Shown here: positions 62,205 through 64,000 of the stretch, in pieces
Layout of the letters: every line of letters begins with the position of its first letter
Numbering within the stretch: the first letter of the stretch is position 1
Source: Phoronis australis
Taxonomy: Eukaryota; Animalia; Phoronida
Length of the DNA stretch: 64,000 nt
Assembly (NCBI GenBank): GCA_002633005.1
Contig: NMRA01000180.1
Location: 257,037-321,036 of the forward strand
Direction: 5' to 3'
Made by a program: the position numbers and the translations under genes
Notes under the pieces: model-generated
What the model saw: the letters and a program-made list of their open reading frames with translations, nothing else
The model's database searches: none
Told to the model about the DNA's origin: nothing

Positions 62205-63869
62205 CACCATCTTGTGTATAGGTACTCCACTGACTTGCGATAGTCAGTGAAAGGGTATGGCCGCCCTTCCTTGAAGATGTCTTTAAAACTTTATTTATCT
62301 GTCCATCTTACATTCCATACACTCCATACATTCCTTTTTCTGTTCATTTCACTTAAGACAACTTTGGGAAATAAACATTGCAGTTGTCGTTTCTATAGCA
62401 TGAACTTTTCTGGATGGCTCAAGATGAGGTCTTCATATTACACTGTTGTGGAAAGTTTATGTTTAAGGTCTATTGATCATATGTCTTCAGAAGCTTCTGT
62501 TAAAATGTTCTATTCAACATAAGTGTCATCAATACATTTTTGAAATTATGACTGTTTAAATTTTTATTTAATGTAACAGATTTTGTCAAAGTTACGTCAG
62601 ACGCAAACAGCATAACAAAAAATCACAAAATAATATTCAATAATTTGTCCAACCAATTATCAGATTTCAACTTTCTTGATGAATTTTTTTTTTAAATAAT
62701 ACCTTATTTGTTTTTCCCCTTAAGTTATTCCTATTTTATGCCAATTCGGGCAAAATTGTACGTAACAACTTTTCTTTGTCGGCTTTGGCAACTTTAAGGT
62801 CAATATCTTCACCTAAGAACGTCCAATCGAAATGATTTTTTAGCAAATCATTTATCATAAAAAGTTCTTTAAAATGATGTATCACATGTTTATCTAAGTT
62901 CCGTAAGTAGTTTTGGAATCGTAGTATTTTATACTTGCAAATTTGATTTGAAAAAATTTTTACCAGAAATTTTGACACAAAAATGACATTGTCTCTGGAA
63001 CCGTATGTTCAACTTAAAAATTTTTTGCACCATTCTCTTAGTCTCGTGGTGAACTTTCTCATGATGTATATTACATGCGAATTTTCTAAAATGCTGTTCT
63101 ACCATAGATATTCGTAAAGAGATTCGCGACTCCGTGAAGTCTCGCGGCCTAACGCAAAAGTACGTGAGCAGGATTCAAAACTTCCAGTCTCATGGCTAAG
63201 CATTAGTAACGAAGGTGAACTTTGGTTTTTTATTTCAGGCACGTCAAGCAAATTTTTGAGTTTGAAATTAATTTGTTGTGTTTAATGCAAACTAAATCGC
63301 GTATGCGAGCCATTCAAGTCGGATTATTGCTACAAAACGTGTCGGAATTATCTTGACAAGTTGTTGTTGATCGGCCCGCTTGCTGACACAGTTCAACACA
63401 CGAATCGAGGCATTTGGCCCAATGAAAAGGTTGAGCTAAATGGATAATTCTTTTCACTAGTTGAATTCTCAGTCGTTTACCATGAAGTTTAGTTTGAATT
63501 TTGTGATTTTGTATGAATTTTGGCTCGACCTAAATGTAGTCTCGACCTAAATGTAGTTTCTCATTCGTCACTACGTCTACAATACATAAGCCATGGTTTA
63601 CCAACATATCCAAAATTCAGCAAGAGCGAAATTTTGCCATTTTCATGATTTTCAGAAGCTCATATATATTAGCATGAAAAATGGTGGAAAATGAAAAGTA
63701 TGCCACTGAAATATTTAAACTTTCTTCTTTATATTGATATCCGTTTCAACAAATGGGGGCATTCATGAATATTTTTAAAAATCGAACTACTGCAGCACGT
63801 GAGAAGAGGATAAATTTGCAGATTTTGCTAAATATCCGTTACTGAACCGATTTTAATGATATGTATATC

Positions 63870-64000
63870 CAGGGGCAGATCCAGGATTTTGTGTTAGGGG
63901 AACCAGAGAAGAGTATTAGCTAGGATTTTGTCATTCAGACATTGGCACTCCCGATCTGCCAAATGGAATCTGGGGGAATTTTAGGGGGGGTGTAGTTCTC
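63870..64000 (+). mobile_element. hAT-like MITE of the CAGGGGCGGATCCAGGATTT family (runs off the window)
   Basis: CAGGGGCAGATCCAGGATTTTG...; colinear with the 1763 copy. Confidence 0.65.

Overview
AT-rich, repeat-dense eukaryotic DNA from a draft assembly (several N gaps and single-N joins). The repeat repertoire (Kolobok/Harbinger/hAT-type MITEs, Penelope-like elements) suggests a marine invertebrate; this is inference only. Best-supported content: an intron-containing tRNA-Leu(CAA) (2475-2595, -); a long terminal exon of a single-pass membrane protein (10766-11421, -); an intronless 327-aa Ser/Pro/Arg-rich ORF (26556-27539, +); the last three exons of a type-I membrane protein gene (58068-55291, -) with a dead, transposon-split duplicate of its TM exon; a two-exon Spindlin/Ssty-type Tudor domain missed by the ORF track (61717-62204, +); an RT-less Neptune-type Penelope GIY-YIG ORF with a candidate in-frame spliced leader and hammerhead-like motif (52929-54159); further PLE/LINE remnants, THAP-carrying DNA elements, tRNA-derived repeats and minisatellites. 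Several local duplications start right after a single N and are probably uncollapsed haplotypes. No clearly new multi-gene system can be demonstrated from sequence alone; the Spindlin-like gene and the spliced GIY-YIG ORF are the best leads.
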